From Clostridia bacterium (GTDB lineage Bacteria; Bacillota; Clostridia; JAAYHZ01), in the NCBI GenBank assembly GCA_050950825.1, contig JBMNIH010000003.1:1-64000 (forward strand): a DNA stretch of 64,000 nt, given 5' to 3'. Under the pieces are notes generated by a model, which had not been told where the DNA came from, did no database searches, and saw only the letters and a list, made by a program, of their open reading frames with translations. The first letter of the stretch is position 1, and each line of letters begins with the position of its first letter. The translations under genes and the position numbers were made by a program. Shown piece after piece: positions 1 through 9,724 of the stretch.

Positions 1-655
1 CCGAATTCTTTCGATCCTTTCAAATAGGGGGATCGAATTTAAGAACTATTGTGCAAAAATTAAAATTCTAAAAATACATACGGTGACTGTCGCATAGGTT
101 ATTTGGCATAAATATTTTAAGCACAATGGACTAATATTTATTATGGCTATATTTTTTCAATTGGTAGTTTCCATTACCCTAATCATATCTAATTTATCCT
201 TGTTCGGAGAAGTTTTTCTTTTTCATTTTATCTCCGACAAGCAGTTTCGAACAGATAAATCTCATTTTTTTCAACGCATATAATCTACTATTATGCAAAG
301 GATAAGAAATTACCATACCAAAACCTTATACGAGTAATTTTAATATCATCTCTTATCAATGGCAGCAATGTGTAATTGTTTATCAATTGTCCCTTCTTTC
401 ATTTTATATCAAATCTGAATTTTCCACAATTTTTACTGAAAAATAGCATGATGCATTTATATTCTTGAAAAAATAAAAACAGCTATATTAAATTCGGAGT
501 AAAAGAATTATACTCAAACTTCGCAGTAAATTAATATAATAAATTCCTAGATAATTTAATATAAGCTTTTTAAGTAATATATGTAACTAAGCGACTTTTG
601 ACTTGGGTAATCTTAGTTTTAAATATTCAGGAAGTCTAGAAATGAAAATTCTAAG

Positions 656-2211
656 CATAGTGTAAAATAATTGTAGGACATTTTAAGGATAAAAAAACAA
701 GAGATCCTCACTTTTTGATACAATAGAATCACCATCAAAAACCTTTGAAAAGGAGGATCTCTTGTGAATACTATTGTAATACAAAACTGCAAAAATTTCA
801 TCCATAAAATCATGAATTTCATGAGCGAACCTAATGCTAAGAAACTAGAAGAACTGGAAACTGGACTAGAGACCATCACCTTTGACTTCATACTAAATAT
901 GATGAAAATCTACGTGGAAAACCTTGATAAGGAGATAAAAGCCGATAAGAAATGGCGAAGAAAAAACGGCATTGTAGTAGAGCGAAATAGTGATAAACGA
1001 GAAATCTTTACAAAGTTCGGAGTGCTCACATACCACAGGACCTACTTTTACGATAAGAAAAATGATACATATATATACCTAGTCGATACAGTCTTAGGAA
1101 TAGACCCCTATGATAGAATATCAACAGCGGTAGCAGCTGACATGGTAGAATACTCCGGCGATAACTCCTACGCTAAAAGCAGTCAATATACAACCGGTGG
1201 CCTGATAAGTCGGCAAACAGTAATGAACAAAACGAGAAAACTAAAGGAAGAAAAACTAAAGATGGAAGCTGAAGGGCCAAAGCGCAAAATGCAGGTTATA
1301 CACATAGATGCCGATGAAGACCATGTTGCTCTGCAGAATGGCAAAAACGCCATAGTTCCACTGATTACCATATACGAAGGCACAAAAAGAATAGGAAAAC
1401 GGGGAAAATGTATAAATCCCTACCACATACATGGATACGGTCAAAATCCTGAAGAAACATGGTTAAAAGTTGCCAACTACATTTATGACAGATATGACAT
1501 AGACTATTTAAAGCGCATCTATATTCACGGAGATGGTGCCCTTTGGATAAAAACCGGCCAAGAATGGTTACCCAAATCCAAAATGGTCCTAGACAAATAT
1601 CACCTAAACAAAGCCATCCTCAAAGCTACAGCAGGTCAAGAGCAATACAGAAAATCAATATACAGAAGTATTTACGAAGGCAATTGGATTGAATTTTGTA
1701 AACTAGTAACAGAGCTTAAGCATGGTGTTCAAAGCCCTAAAAAGCGAGAGAGAATACATGAATTTAGAACCTACATAAAAAACAACTGGGAAGCCATCAC
1801 TATATACAAAGAAGAAGGAGTAAGTGGCAGCTGCACAGAGGGTCATATTAGCCATATATTATCCAGCCGTTTTAGTTCTCGACCTATGGGCTGGAGCAAG
1901 AAAGGTCTAAAAACCATAGCAGATATAAGAATCTATTGCCAAAACGGTGGGAAGATAACTCCAAATCATTTTACAAAAGTAAATTTACAATACAAGATAA
2001 AAAAAGAAACCATAAAAAAGGGCAAAGAAGTATTTAGTAAAACTACACATGAGAAATTAAACAACATACCCGCTTTTAACATGGGTAAAAAAACTCCAAT
2101 ATCAACAATTTTAAAGGGCATACAACGCAGCGGGTATGTGATATAGCCCGTTGTATCAAAAAGATGGGGATACCTTTAAGTTTAATTATCCTACAACAAA
2201 TTGACACTATC
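656..2211 (+). mobile_element. ISLre2-family insertion sequence
   Basis: Imperfect IRs ATAGTGTAAAATAATTGTAGGA and reverse complement ATAGTGTCAATTTGTTGTAGGA; 9-bp target duplication AATTCTAAG at 647-655 and 2212-2220. Confidence 0.9.
764..2146 (+). CDS. ISLre2-family (UPF0236) transposase
   Basis: 460 aa; motifs IDADEDHV, IHGDGALWIK, LDKYHL, GSCTEGHISHILSSR..SRPMGWS; GGAGG RBS. Confidence 0.9.
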   Translation: MNTIVIQNCKNFIHKIMNFMSEPNAKKLEELETGLETITFDFILNMMKIYVENLDKEIKADKKWRRKNGIVVERNSDKREIFTKFGVLTYHRTYFYDKKNDTYIYLVDTVLGIDPYDRISTAVAADMVEYSGDNSYAKSSQYTTGGLISRQTVMNKTRKLKEEKLKMEAEGPKRKMQVIHIDADEDHVALQNGKNAIVPLITIYEGTKRIGKRGKCINPYHIHGYGQNPEETWLKVANYIYDRYDIDYLKRIYIHGDGALWIKTGQEWLPKSKMVLDKYHLNKAILKATAGQEQYRKSIYRSIYEGNWIEFCKLVTELKHGVQSPKKRERIHEFRTYIKNNWEAITIYKEEGVSGSCTEGHISHILSSRFSSRPMGWSKKGLKTIADIRIYCQNGGKITPNHFTKVNLQYKIKKETIKKGKEVFSKTTHEKLNNIPAFNMGKKTPISTILKGIQRSGYVI

Positions 2212-3698
2212 AATTCTAAGAAACCCATTTACTCGCCTTATCATCAATCATGAAATACTCCATTAAGCATTCTGACAGTATTTCGAGAATCAGTTGTATT
2301 ACTTCATCGAACTTTATGTCTTGCAATTCATCGTAGCATAAATAAAACAACTCACCTATAGTTCGATTATCCATATTGTTCCGATTTTCTATTGCCAGCA
2401 TGATATACCTACTGAGGACTACTGCGGTATGAGCCGTCATCATATCATATGACAAGCCTTGAAACTCTCTACCTAAATTGAGATATGTCTTGCACATTTT
2501 ATAGAAAACTTCTATATCCCAACGTTTGCCATACGTTTGAATTATTTGCTCTTCCGAAAGCGCCAAATCGGTTGAAATGATGGCTATCCATTTCTTCCTG
2601 TTATTCCGATCCCGTACGAATACAATGCGAGCATCCATAGTCTCTTCTTCTTTGTTGTGAATGGATACGACAACCGACAAAAGGTATTTGGAACGACCAC
2701 GTCTCTTTTTTGAGAATTATAGATTTCCTTAAGGGTCATTTTCTTTCCGTTAAAGGAATACTTGATATTAGGAGTATCTTTAAGCCGCCCGATGCTGTGA
2801 AGCTTCAACTTCGCAATGTCCATGAGTATTGCAGGATAGGAAAACCAACTGTCGAACAGCACGTGCTTTGCAGGTATGTGTTGCTCGACTGCTTGCCGAA
2901 GCATCGCTATCATTAAATCAGGGGCTTTCTGCATGGCTTGCATTCTTCGTTTGTATCCATTGGTGTTTTTATGGATATCATCTCTCATTTTACACAAATG
3001 TTTTTCAACTTTGCCGGATGTGAGCAAACAAAAATTAAACGGAATAAGTGTGTTGCCATCTGACCATGCAAGAGTAAGCAACCTGAATCCTTTTTTACAC
3101 TTGTTGTCGGTATGATCTCTGACAAACGAAAGCATCTCTACACATTTGCTTCGTAAACGGCCGTAGAAGGTATCATCTACAACAATGACATTAATACGGT
3201 CATCCGATGTCAAATCCTTTATATGGCTGTTTATAACCGTGGATGCCAATGTCATAACAAATGTCTGCCAGTTAATATATATAGAGTTTAGGAAACGATA
3301 TACAGTATCTTTTTTAAAATCGACATTTTTGTCTCTGTTGCTGTCTTTATTTTTTTATCAGGTTCATATACATACTTCTGTTTGTGAAAACCAATTGAAA
3401 ACAAATAGAGAAAAATTTGAATTACCGGTACACCTCTTTTTTTATAAGCATTGGCATGTTGCAGAGCTTGATAAATTTTAAACTTTCTAAAAAAAAGATT
3501 GATTCTATCGTTAAACTGCTTTTCTTCGATATAATTTTCCGGTATACTATTCATGGCAAGGGGCTCCTTCGTTGTGATATTATGTTTTATTTGTTAATTA
3601 ATATTATACCACAATCCAGGTCTCCTTGTCATACTTTTTTGCACTAAACTATTGAATTATCTAGGTTCGAACGCACTTTTTCAAGTGCGAAGTTTGAG

Positions 3699-4709
3699 TT
3701 ATATAGCTATTTGGTCTGTTTTCTTTATAATTTCAACGGTAACTCCTTTTGCTTTTGGATCTAATTCTAATAATTTTTCTGCTCCTGCCTTTATTAAGGC
3801 TTTCTTTGTTCTTTCAGGCTCTAAGGTTAAAGCTATAATGGTACCTCCTCCACCTGCGCCAGCTAATTTAGCTGCCAAAGCACCATTCTCCTTAGCTATT
3901 TTTATCATATACTCATTTTGCTCCCCGGAAAAAGCTAAACTGCTTTGAATTTTGTGATTTTGGTTCATAAGGTACGCAAGTTCTTCCCAATTTTGCTTAA
4001 TTAGAGCCTTTTTCCCTTCTCTTGCGATACATGCAATTTCTTTATAACCTTTTATGACAGCTTCATCACCATCAAGCCAACGTTCTCGTAAAGGTTTATG
4101 AAAATCTCCGGAATTATGCTTTATACCTGTATGTACAATCACAAACGGAAGATCTTTTACATAACTACTTATGTTTTCTACTACAGCATATATCTCTTCT
4201 AAATAATCTTTATAGTATTCCTTACCTCTAAAATCGAGATAGCATAATCCTCCGAATGTTGTCATATATGCATCTTGGTATCCGCATTGGCATTTTAAAT
4301 AGTTTAACTCAATAGTACGATTCATTTCGGCTAACTCATATTTATTTTTCTTAATACCAGTATAAGCTAATACTGCAGATAATACACAAGACAATAATGC
4401 TGTTGATCCAGCAAGACCAGCCTGAACGGGTATATTACTTTTAAAAGTAATCCTTGCTTTTAAGTTATATAATCTAAGGAATCGCAATACACAGCGGATA
4501 ATATCGAACTCATCCTGCTTATTCTCATAATCATTTCTCCAAATTAGTTCTTTCCTTCTATTTTCACTTTCTAAAATTAATCCTTTATCACTTTGGATAG
4601 TAACTTCCGCCCTGTTTTTTATAGAGCAAGAAATGAGTGATCCGCCATATCCATCCGTAGGATTTCCAATGATACCAGCTCTACCGGGTGCTGTTACCTT
4701 TATCATCAT
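3699..4709 (-). CDS. GHMP-family sugar kinase (glucuronokinase/heptose-kinase-like)
   Basis: APGRAGIIGNPTDGYGG, PVQAGLAGSTA ATP loop, AKLAGAGGGG. Confidence 0.85.
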   Translation of the reverse strand: MMIKVTAPGRAGIIGNPTDGYGGSLISCSIKNRAEVTIQSDKGLILESENRRKELIWRNDYENKQDEFDIIRCVLRFLRLYNLKARITFKSNIPVQAGLAGSTALLSCVLSAVLAYTGIKKNKYELAEMNRTIELNYLKCQCGYQDAYMTTFGGLCYLDFRGKEYYKDYLEEIYAVVENISSYVKDLPFVIVHTGIKHNSGDFHKPLRERWLDGDEAVIKGYKEIACIAREGKKALIKQNWEELAYLMNQNHKIQSSLAFSGEQNEYMIKIAKENGALAAKLAGAGGGGTIIALTLEPERTKKALIKAGAEKLLELDPKAKGVTVEIIKKTDQIAI

Positions 4710-4732
4710 TTTAGCCTCACTTCCTGTACCAA

Positions 4733-4811
4733 TTACAAGTTTAATTTATTAATAATGTATTGTTTTAGTTGATATCCAAATTTCTCGTCAGCTAAAGCAA
4801 AATCTACAAAA
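4733..4811 (-). pseudogene. 3' remnant of an upstream gene, possibly a GalU-like nucleotidyltransferase, cut by IS3
   Basis: Reads FVDFALADEKFGYQLKQYIINKLNL* just before the kinase RBS; resembles GalU C-termini. Confidence 0.4.
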
Positions 4812-6258
4812 TATAATGCCCCCCATTGTCAAGACAATTTTTCAGCTTTTCTAAGTTAGATCCTCCTTTCTCTAATTACTATTTTTTAACATTTGTTTAC
4901 TCTGTTGAAGGATGTCAAGGGCGAGCGCAAGCGAGTTCATCTTGACCCTTGACATCCAATACGCATACATCCTTTTGCTTTCCGGTCTGTCATGACAGAC
5001 CGGCTGCCTTCCGGCGAGGACGGGGTTTGAGGCTTAAGCCCCAAGCTTCTACACGACTGCCTGAAGCTGTTTGTAACCCCCAAAATAATACTCTGCTGGC
5101 GTTTTGTAGTCTAACGACTGATGAGGTCTCCGGTTGTTATAATATTCAACATAATCCCTAGTAATCTGCCGAAGTTGGTGCCCTGTTTCGCAATCCTCAA
5201 GATAAAGCTTTTCCCACTTGTAAGATCGAAAGAAGCGCTCTATCCTTTGGTTATCCAATGCTCTTCCTTTTCCATCCATAGATATTTTGATATTGTTATT
5301 TTTTAGTAGATTTATGTAATCATCACTGGTAAACTGTGAGCCTTGGTCGCTGTTCATAATTTCAGGCTTGCCGTGCCGTTTTATCGCCTTTTGGATTGCC
5401 TCTATGATAAATGTCCGATCCAGCGTGTTTGATAGCTCAAATCCAACAATGTATCGGGAATACCAGTCTATAATGGCTACCATGTACATGAAACCACGTT
5501 TCATCCGGCAGTAGGTCACGTCTATGGACCATACCTGATTGGGATGATCAATGTTCAAGCCTCTCAGCAGGTACGGATACAAGTACTTGTCATGTAGACG
5601 TTTACTAAGGTTGGGCCCAGGACAGAAGCCATGAATCCCCATTTCCCTCATGTAACGCCGGGTTCGCTTCCGATTGATGTGAATGTGATAATCCCGTTTC
5701 AGGATATTTGTCATCCTACGGTAACCATACTCCGGGTGAGCCGTGTAAATCTCATCGATGATCCGTTTAATCAGGTATTCCTCATCATTTACTGGGACCG
5801 GCTTGTAGTAAAGGCTTGTACGGTTAATTCCCAACAGTTCGGCTTGCCTGGTGATGCTCAGTTTCTTTTCTTCTCTGTCAATCATCTTCATGCGGTCTTC
5901 ACGGGAATTAGAGTCGGCCAGATTTTTTTTAAGCCAGGCAACCTCATAAGAAAGTTGCCCTATTTGCTTAAGCAGTTCGTCCTTCTCCTTTTCATACGAC
6001 TGTTTGACCTTCTCTACTTCATCAGTTTCCTTGCTGAATACCCTGCCTGCATTGCTTATGAATTCTGCCTTCCAGCGGCTTAGCTGATTCGGATGTATTT
6101 CATATTCGGCAGCGATCTCATTCAGCGTTTTTTCTTCCCTTAAGACCTCAATCACTATTTTTGCTTTTTCTTCCGGTGTAAAATGTCTTCTCTTTTCCAT
6201 AGTTCCATTCTAACTTATTTTAGCTGTTTTGTCTGTCTTAATTTCTGGTATCATTATA
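4812..6258 (-). mobile_element. IS3-family insertion sequence
   Basis: Imperfect IRs TATAATG..CC....AAGACA....CAGC at both ends; no matching target duplication. Confidence 0.8.
5049..6200 (-). CDS. IS3-family transposase, OrfA and OrfB in one frame
   Basis: N-terminal HTH; rve core WSIDVTY, NSDQGSQFTS, DNQRIERFF. Confidence 0.92.
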   Translation of the reverse strand: MEKRRHFTPEEKAKIVIEVLREEKTLNEIAAEYEIHPNQLSRWKAEFISNAGRVFSKETDEVEKVKQSYEKEKDELLKQIGQLSYEVAWLKKNLADSNSREDRMKMIDREEKKLSITRQAELLGINRTSLYYKPVPVNDEEYLIKRIIDEIYTAHPEYGYRRMTNILKRDYHIHINRKRTRRYMREMGIHGFCPGPNLSKRLHDKYLYPYLLRGLNIDHPNQVWSIDVTYCRMKRGFMYMVAIIDWYSRYIVGFELSNTLDRTFIIEAIQKAIKRHGKPEIMNSDQGSQFTSDDYINLLKNNNIKISMDGKGRALDNQRIERFFRSYKWEKLYLEDCETGHQLRQITRDYVEYYNNRRPHQSLDYKTPAEYYFGGYKQLQAVV

Positions 6259-7521
6259 AATCTTTACTTTTACTTTTACCAACTGTTGTATTGTCTGCAT
6301 TCTGACTCCCCAGGTTATGAGAAAACTTGCCGCAGTAGCTATGGACGCTCCAACAACACCAATGTTTTTTATTAAAACCAAATTTAAGATAACATTCACG
6401 GCGGCTCCGATAGCAACAGAAACAAATAGTTGTCCCGTCCTTTTATATGCACGGAACGCAGACGCTAAGAAGCCACATAAACATGAAAAGAACGCTGACA
6501 GCGTAAGAAAAGGTATATGTTGCCATGCTGAATAATAGCTTGGATCGAAAAGAATTGCTGATGCTATTTTTGAAAAAGGTATAATCAGCAAACAACCAAC
6601 AAGTGAAACAATGTGCATCGCCCCGTACATCTTGGTGTAGTAGTTCGATTCGTCCGAGTCGTTAACATTAGATATAGCAGATAGCTGCCATGCCTGTGTA
6701 AAAACAGACAATACTGCTGTTAATAAGGAAGGGATTTTGTTCGCCACGCTAAAGATACCAGATGCGCTGAGTCCCTCGCCAGCCGGTAATAGACCAATCA
6801 GCATGTACTTGTTTATGTACATATTGATCGACCAAGCGAGTAATGTAGGAATCATGGGAATACTGTATTTAAGCATTTCTCCAAGTAATTTCTTATCCAG
6901 CTTAAACGGAACAATATATTTGAACAAACCTCCGGCAAAAAACATCAAAACTGTTGGAACGGTAAGTCCGATGATAATGCTGAGTAAGTAACCTTGTAAT
7001 CCCGTTTTTACAATAAGCAAAAAATAAATGTTGCACAAAATAACCGTCACTGTTTGAACAATCCCCTGAACAGCAAACAGTTTTGTCTTTCCGATACCTT
7101 TCACAAAATTCGCAAAGCACAAGTGAAAATTGTACATTGCATAGGTTGCCACAAAATAACCCCAATACGCTGAAAGCTGAACTGTAATTTCAGAGTTCAT
7201 CATATTGATGACAGGATAAAATGAAATCAATAATAACAATGACGCAATTGTGATTACAATGGCATCTCCTAAAACAGCTCGCTTGGAGCAATTTTTATCT
7301 AACGAATACCGTAAAGTTGCATCAGCAATTGCCAGTGTAAGCACAGGATAAATTAAATTTACAGTCGTATTTATCAGATCAGCAACGCCATATTCCTCTG
7401 TTAATAAAACCGCTGTGTATAGAGGGGTAAGCAAAAACACCAGAATTTTTGAGCCAAATGTGCTAATGCCAAATAATATAGTATCAACTGCTAACTGTTT
7501 TGTTTTAGATGATGTTGACAT
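6238..7521 (-). pseudogene. wzx: Wzx-type polysaccharide flippase, C-terminus truncated by IS3
   Basis: Polytopic membrane protein with LLTPLYT..L..EEYG motif; last residues (YNDTRN*) are read from the IS end. Confidence 0.8.
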
Positions 7522-7524
7522 TAT

Positions 7525-7802
7525 TCACACCTTTCGTTCTTTTAGCATGACTGCCTTATTTCCGCCTAATTCTGTTCTTTGGTGTTCATTGGTTGTATTT
7601 GAAAGCTCTGGCATTTTTGTTGCATACAGCACATGGTATATGTATATCATCATGAACATATTGGAATAAAGAGGATTGCCGGATAACCCATAAACCAAGA
7701 ACATAGTCTGCACAAATATTGAAAGCGGGCATTTGTTCTTAAAAGCAATATAATAATTGTAAAGTAACATTATGTAATATGGAATCGATAAAAGGATTCC
7801 GT
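7525..7802 (-). pseudogene. 3' remnant of a membrane protein (probable Wzy polymerase) cut by IS3
   Basis: Hydrophobic C-terminal fragment (YGLSGNPLY) abutting the IS end; the ORF start lies inside the IS. Confidence 0.55.
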
Positions 7803-8049
7803 TGGAATTGTCAATATTTTTGCAGTCTGAAAACACACTAAATTTTAATACCGAAGATTTACAGGCATATTTTTAGATTTTGAACCGGAGGCAACCGTAG
7901 CCACCGCATTGGCGGCTTGCCCTTTACTACCGGCTTTGAAATCGGTATAATGTTCTTCCCGATGGGAATCAAGCAGGCATATTTTTGAGTTTCTTACCGT
8001 CGGCAAATTTTGAGCACCGATTTCAAAACCGGTTGTCAAGGGTGGCGAG

Positions 8050-8961
8050 CTATGCTGCTTTTTCTGCCATAGTTGCTGCTCTGTACACAGATGGCGGCAT
8101 TCCTCCCGGATTTGATGTATATATTCTTTGCCTGTTATAGTAAATCATAATATATCTGAATATTATAGTTTTCACATCGGTCTTTGTCAGCCTTTCGGTG
8201 TGAATCCTATAAAGCTTCTCCTTTTTTAATGTTGCGAAAAAGCTTTCCATCCTTGCGTTATCGTAGCAGCGTCCCGTGCCGCTCATGCTCTGGATTGCTC
8301 CATGCTTTGCAAGACTGTCCCGAAATGCTCCGCTTGTATATTGGCTCCCTCTGTCGCTGTGAAGTATCATACCGCTTGCGCCTGTCAGGCGGCACGCATT
8401 TTCAAACGCCTCAATGCATAATTCCTTGCGCATATGGTCATCAATTGTAAGTCCGACAATCTGACCGTCATAGCAGTCAAGTACGGGCGATACGTAAAGC
8501 TTGCCGTCACGGCACCCAACCTCGGTGATGTCTGTAAGCCACTTCTCATTCGGATTTTCAGCGCTGAAATCACGTCCAATAATATTCTCACTTTTCTGAG
8601 CCTCTTTGTCAGCCTTTGTTATTCCGTTGGAACTACGGCTTTTCTTATGTATAAACCCGGCTTTTTTCATAACCTTATAAATGCGCCTGCGCCCTGCTTT
8701 GATGCCGTTATTTAATATAGCCAGCTGCATTCGGTCAATGCCGTAGTTGTCGTTATCACTATGCTGTGCAAGTACTTTTTTGATTTCCGCCAAAAGAAGC
8801 TCGTTTTTATCAGGTTTATCCTTTGTCCTCAAGTGTCTGTAATATCCGGATTCACTGATATTTAACGCTTTGCACATTTGAGAAACTGGTTTGTGCTGCG
8901 TTGATATATAATCATAAATGAGACTTGGCTTTACTTCTTTCGGCGATCTACGAAAAAACAA
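8050..8961 (-). CDS. IS3 transposase OrfB (integrase core)
   Basis: WLTDITE, LHSDRGSQYTS, CYDNARMESFF. Confidence 0.92.
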   Translation of the reverse strand: MFFRRSPKEVKPSLIYDYISTQHKPVSQMCKALNISESGYYRHLRTKDKPDKNELLLAEIKKVLAQHSDNDNYGIDRMQLAILNNGIKAGRRRIYKVMKKAGFIHKKSRSSNGITKADKEAQKSENIIGRDFSAENPNEKWLTDITEVGCRDGKLYVSPVLDCYDGQIVGLTIDDHMRKELCIEAFENACRLTGASGMILHSDRGSQYTSGAFRDSLAKHGAIQSMSGTGRCYDNARMESFFATLKKEKLYRIHTERLTKTDVKTIIFRYIMIYYNRQRIYTSNPGGMPPSVYRAATMAEKAA

Positions 8962-9218
8962 AGCGCCTCTTGCAATATCTCATTTGCACGGCGAAGCTCA
9001 GCATTTTCACGTCTTAGCTCATCTTCAGCGGTTAAATTTGCGTTTGAACGCTTGCGTCCGCTAATGGAATAGGCGTTTTCTCCGTAAAGCTTTCGGTTCT
9101 TCCGCCATCCTGATAATGTGTGATATGGTATCCCCAATTGCTCGCATGCTCGCTTTGTCCCAATATCGTCTGATAGCTTTACCGCTTCCTCTTTAAATGT
9201 TTTGTCATATGGTTTCAT
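8931..9218 (-). CDS. IS3 transposase OrfA (HTH)
   Basis: YDKTFKEEAVKL, LRRENAELRRANEIL; overlaps orfB. Confidence 0.9.
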   Translation of the reverse strand: MKPYDKTFKEEAVKLSDDIGTKRACEQLGIPYHTLSGWRKNRKLYGENAYSISGRKRSNANLTAEDELRRENAELRRANEILQEALCFFVDRRKK

Positions 9219-9297
9219 TGTCGCTTTCTCACTTTCATTTTGATATTATATCAAATTTTAGTGCGTTTTGCGACTCTACTTTTATGATAACACTCCA

Positions 9298-9663
9298 AAC
9301 ACCAACAACACTATCTCGTTGCAGTTCAGGAATTTGGTCATAGTAATAATCCATCATTTTAAGTGCATCAGGAAGCAGATAATCATCAGAGTCGATTCTT
9401 GTTATAAACTGCCCGCAAGCATGTTGAACAGCAAAGTTCTGCGCTGTATGGATTCCACCGTTCTTTTTATGAAATATCCTGATATTTATTTTTGATAGAT
9501 CAAATTCAGAGACAACATCAGCAATATTATCCGTAGAACCATCGTCAATTATTAGCCACTCCCAATCATTTCTGGGGTAATCTATCTCAAGCATGTGTCC
9601 ATATAAGTCCTTCAACAAATCAGCGCGATTGAAAATTGGAGTAAAAACAGAATGCTTAATCAT
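9298..9663 (-). pseudogene. GT2 glycosyltransferase, N-terminal half, truncated by IS3
   Basis: SVFTPIFNR, IIDDGSTD, RIDSDD; frame runs into the IS end. Confidence 0.85.
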
Positions 9664-9724
9664 CGAGTTATTGCACGCCCCTTTCCTTGATCATAATAAA
9701 CATCGATGTGCTTCGACCCATTCC

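Larger units (their letters stand above)
587..3554 (-). pseudogene. Frameshifted DDE transposase of the IS4-like element (pieces 3288-3554, 2584-3255, 2216-2680, C-terminal tail ~587-646)
   Basis: Motifs VIVVDDT, VLFDSWF and YGKRWDIEVFYKMCK lie in three frames; tail FISRLPEYLKLRLPKSKVA* resumes on the far side of ISLre2. Confidence 0.85.
513..3698 (-). mobile_element. IS4-superfamily (IS4/IS701/ISH3-like) insertion sequence, degenerate, interrupted by ISLre2
   Basis: Terminal inverted repeats CTCAAACTTCGCA (513-525) and TGCGAAGTTTGAG (3686-3698); 5-bp direct repeat TTATA at 508-512 and 3699-3703; contains DDE transposase fragments. Confidence 0.8.
7803..9297 (-). mobile_element. Second IS3-family insertion sequence
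   Basis: TG...CA termini with imperfect IRs (TGGA...AGTC..AAAAC.CACTAAA); orfA/orfB; no target duplication. Confidence 0.85.

Noticed and set aside
1-507. Gene or RNA in the AT-rich left edge
   Set aside because: Only short hairpins and no credible ORF
619-891. 90-aa minus-strand ORF
   Set aside because: Crosses the ISLre2 end and is antisense to the transposase
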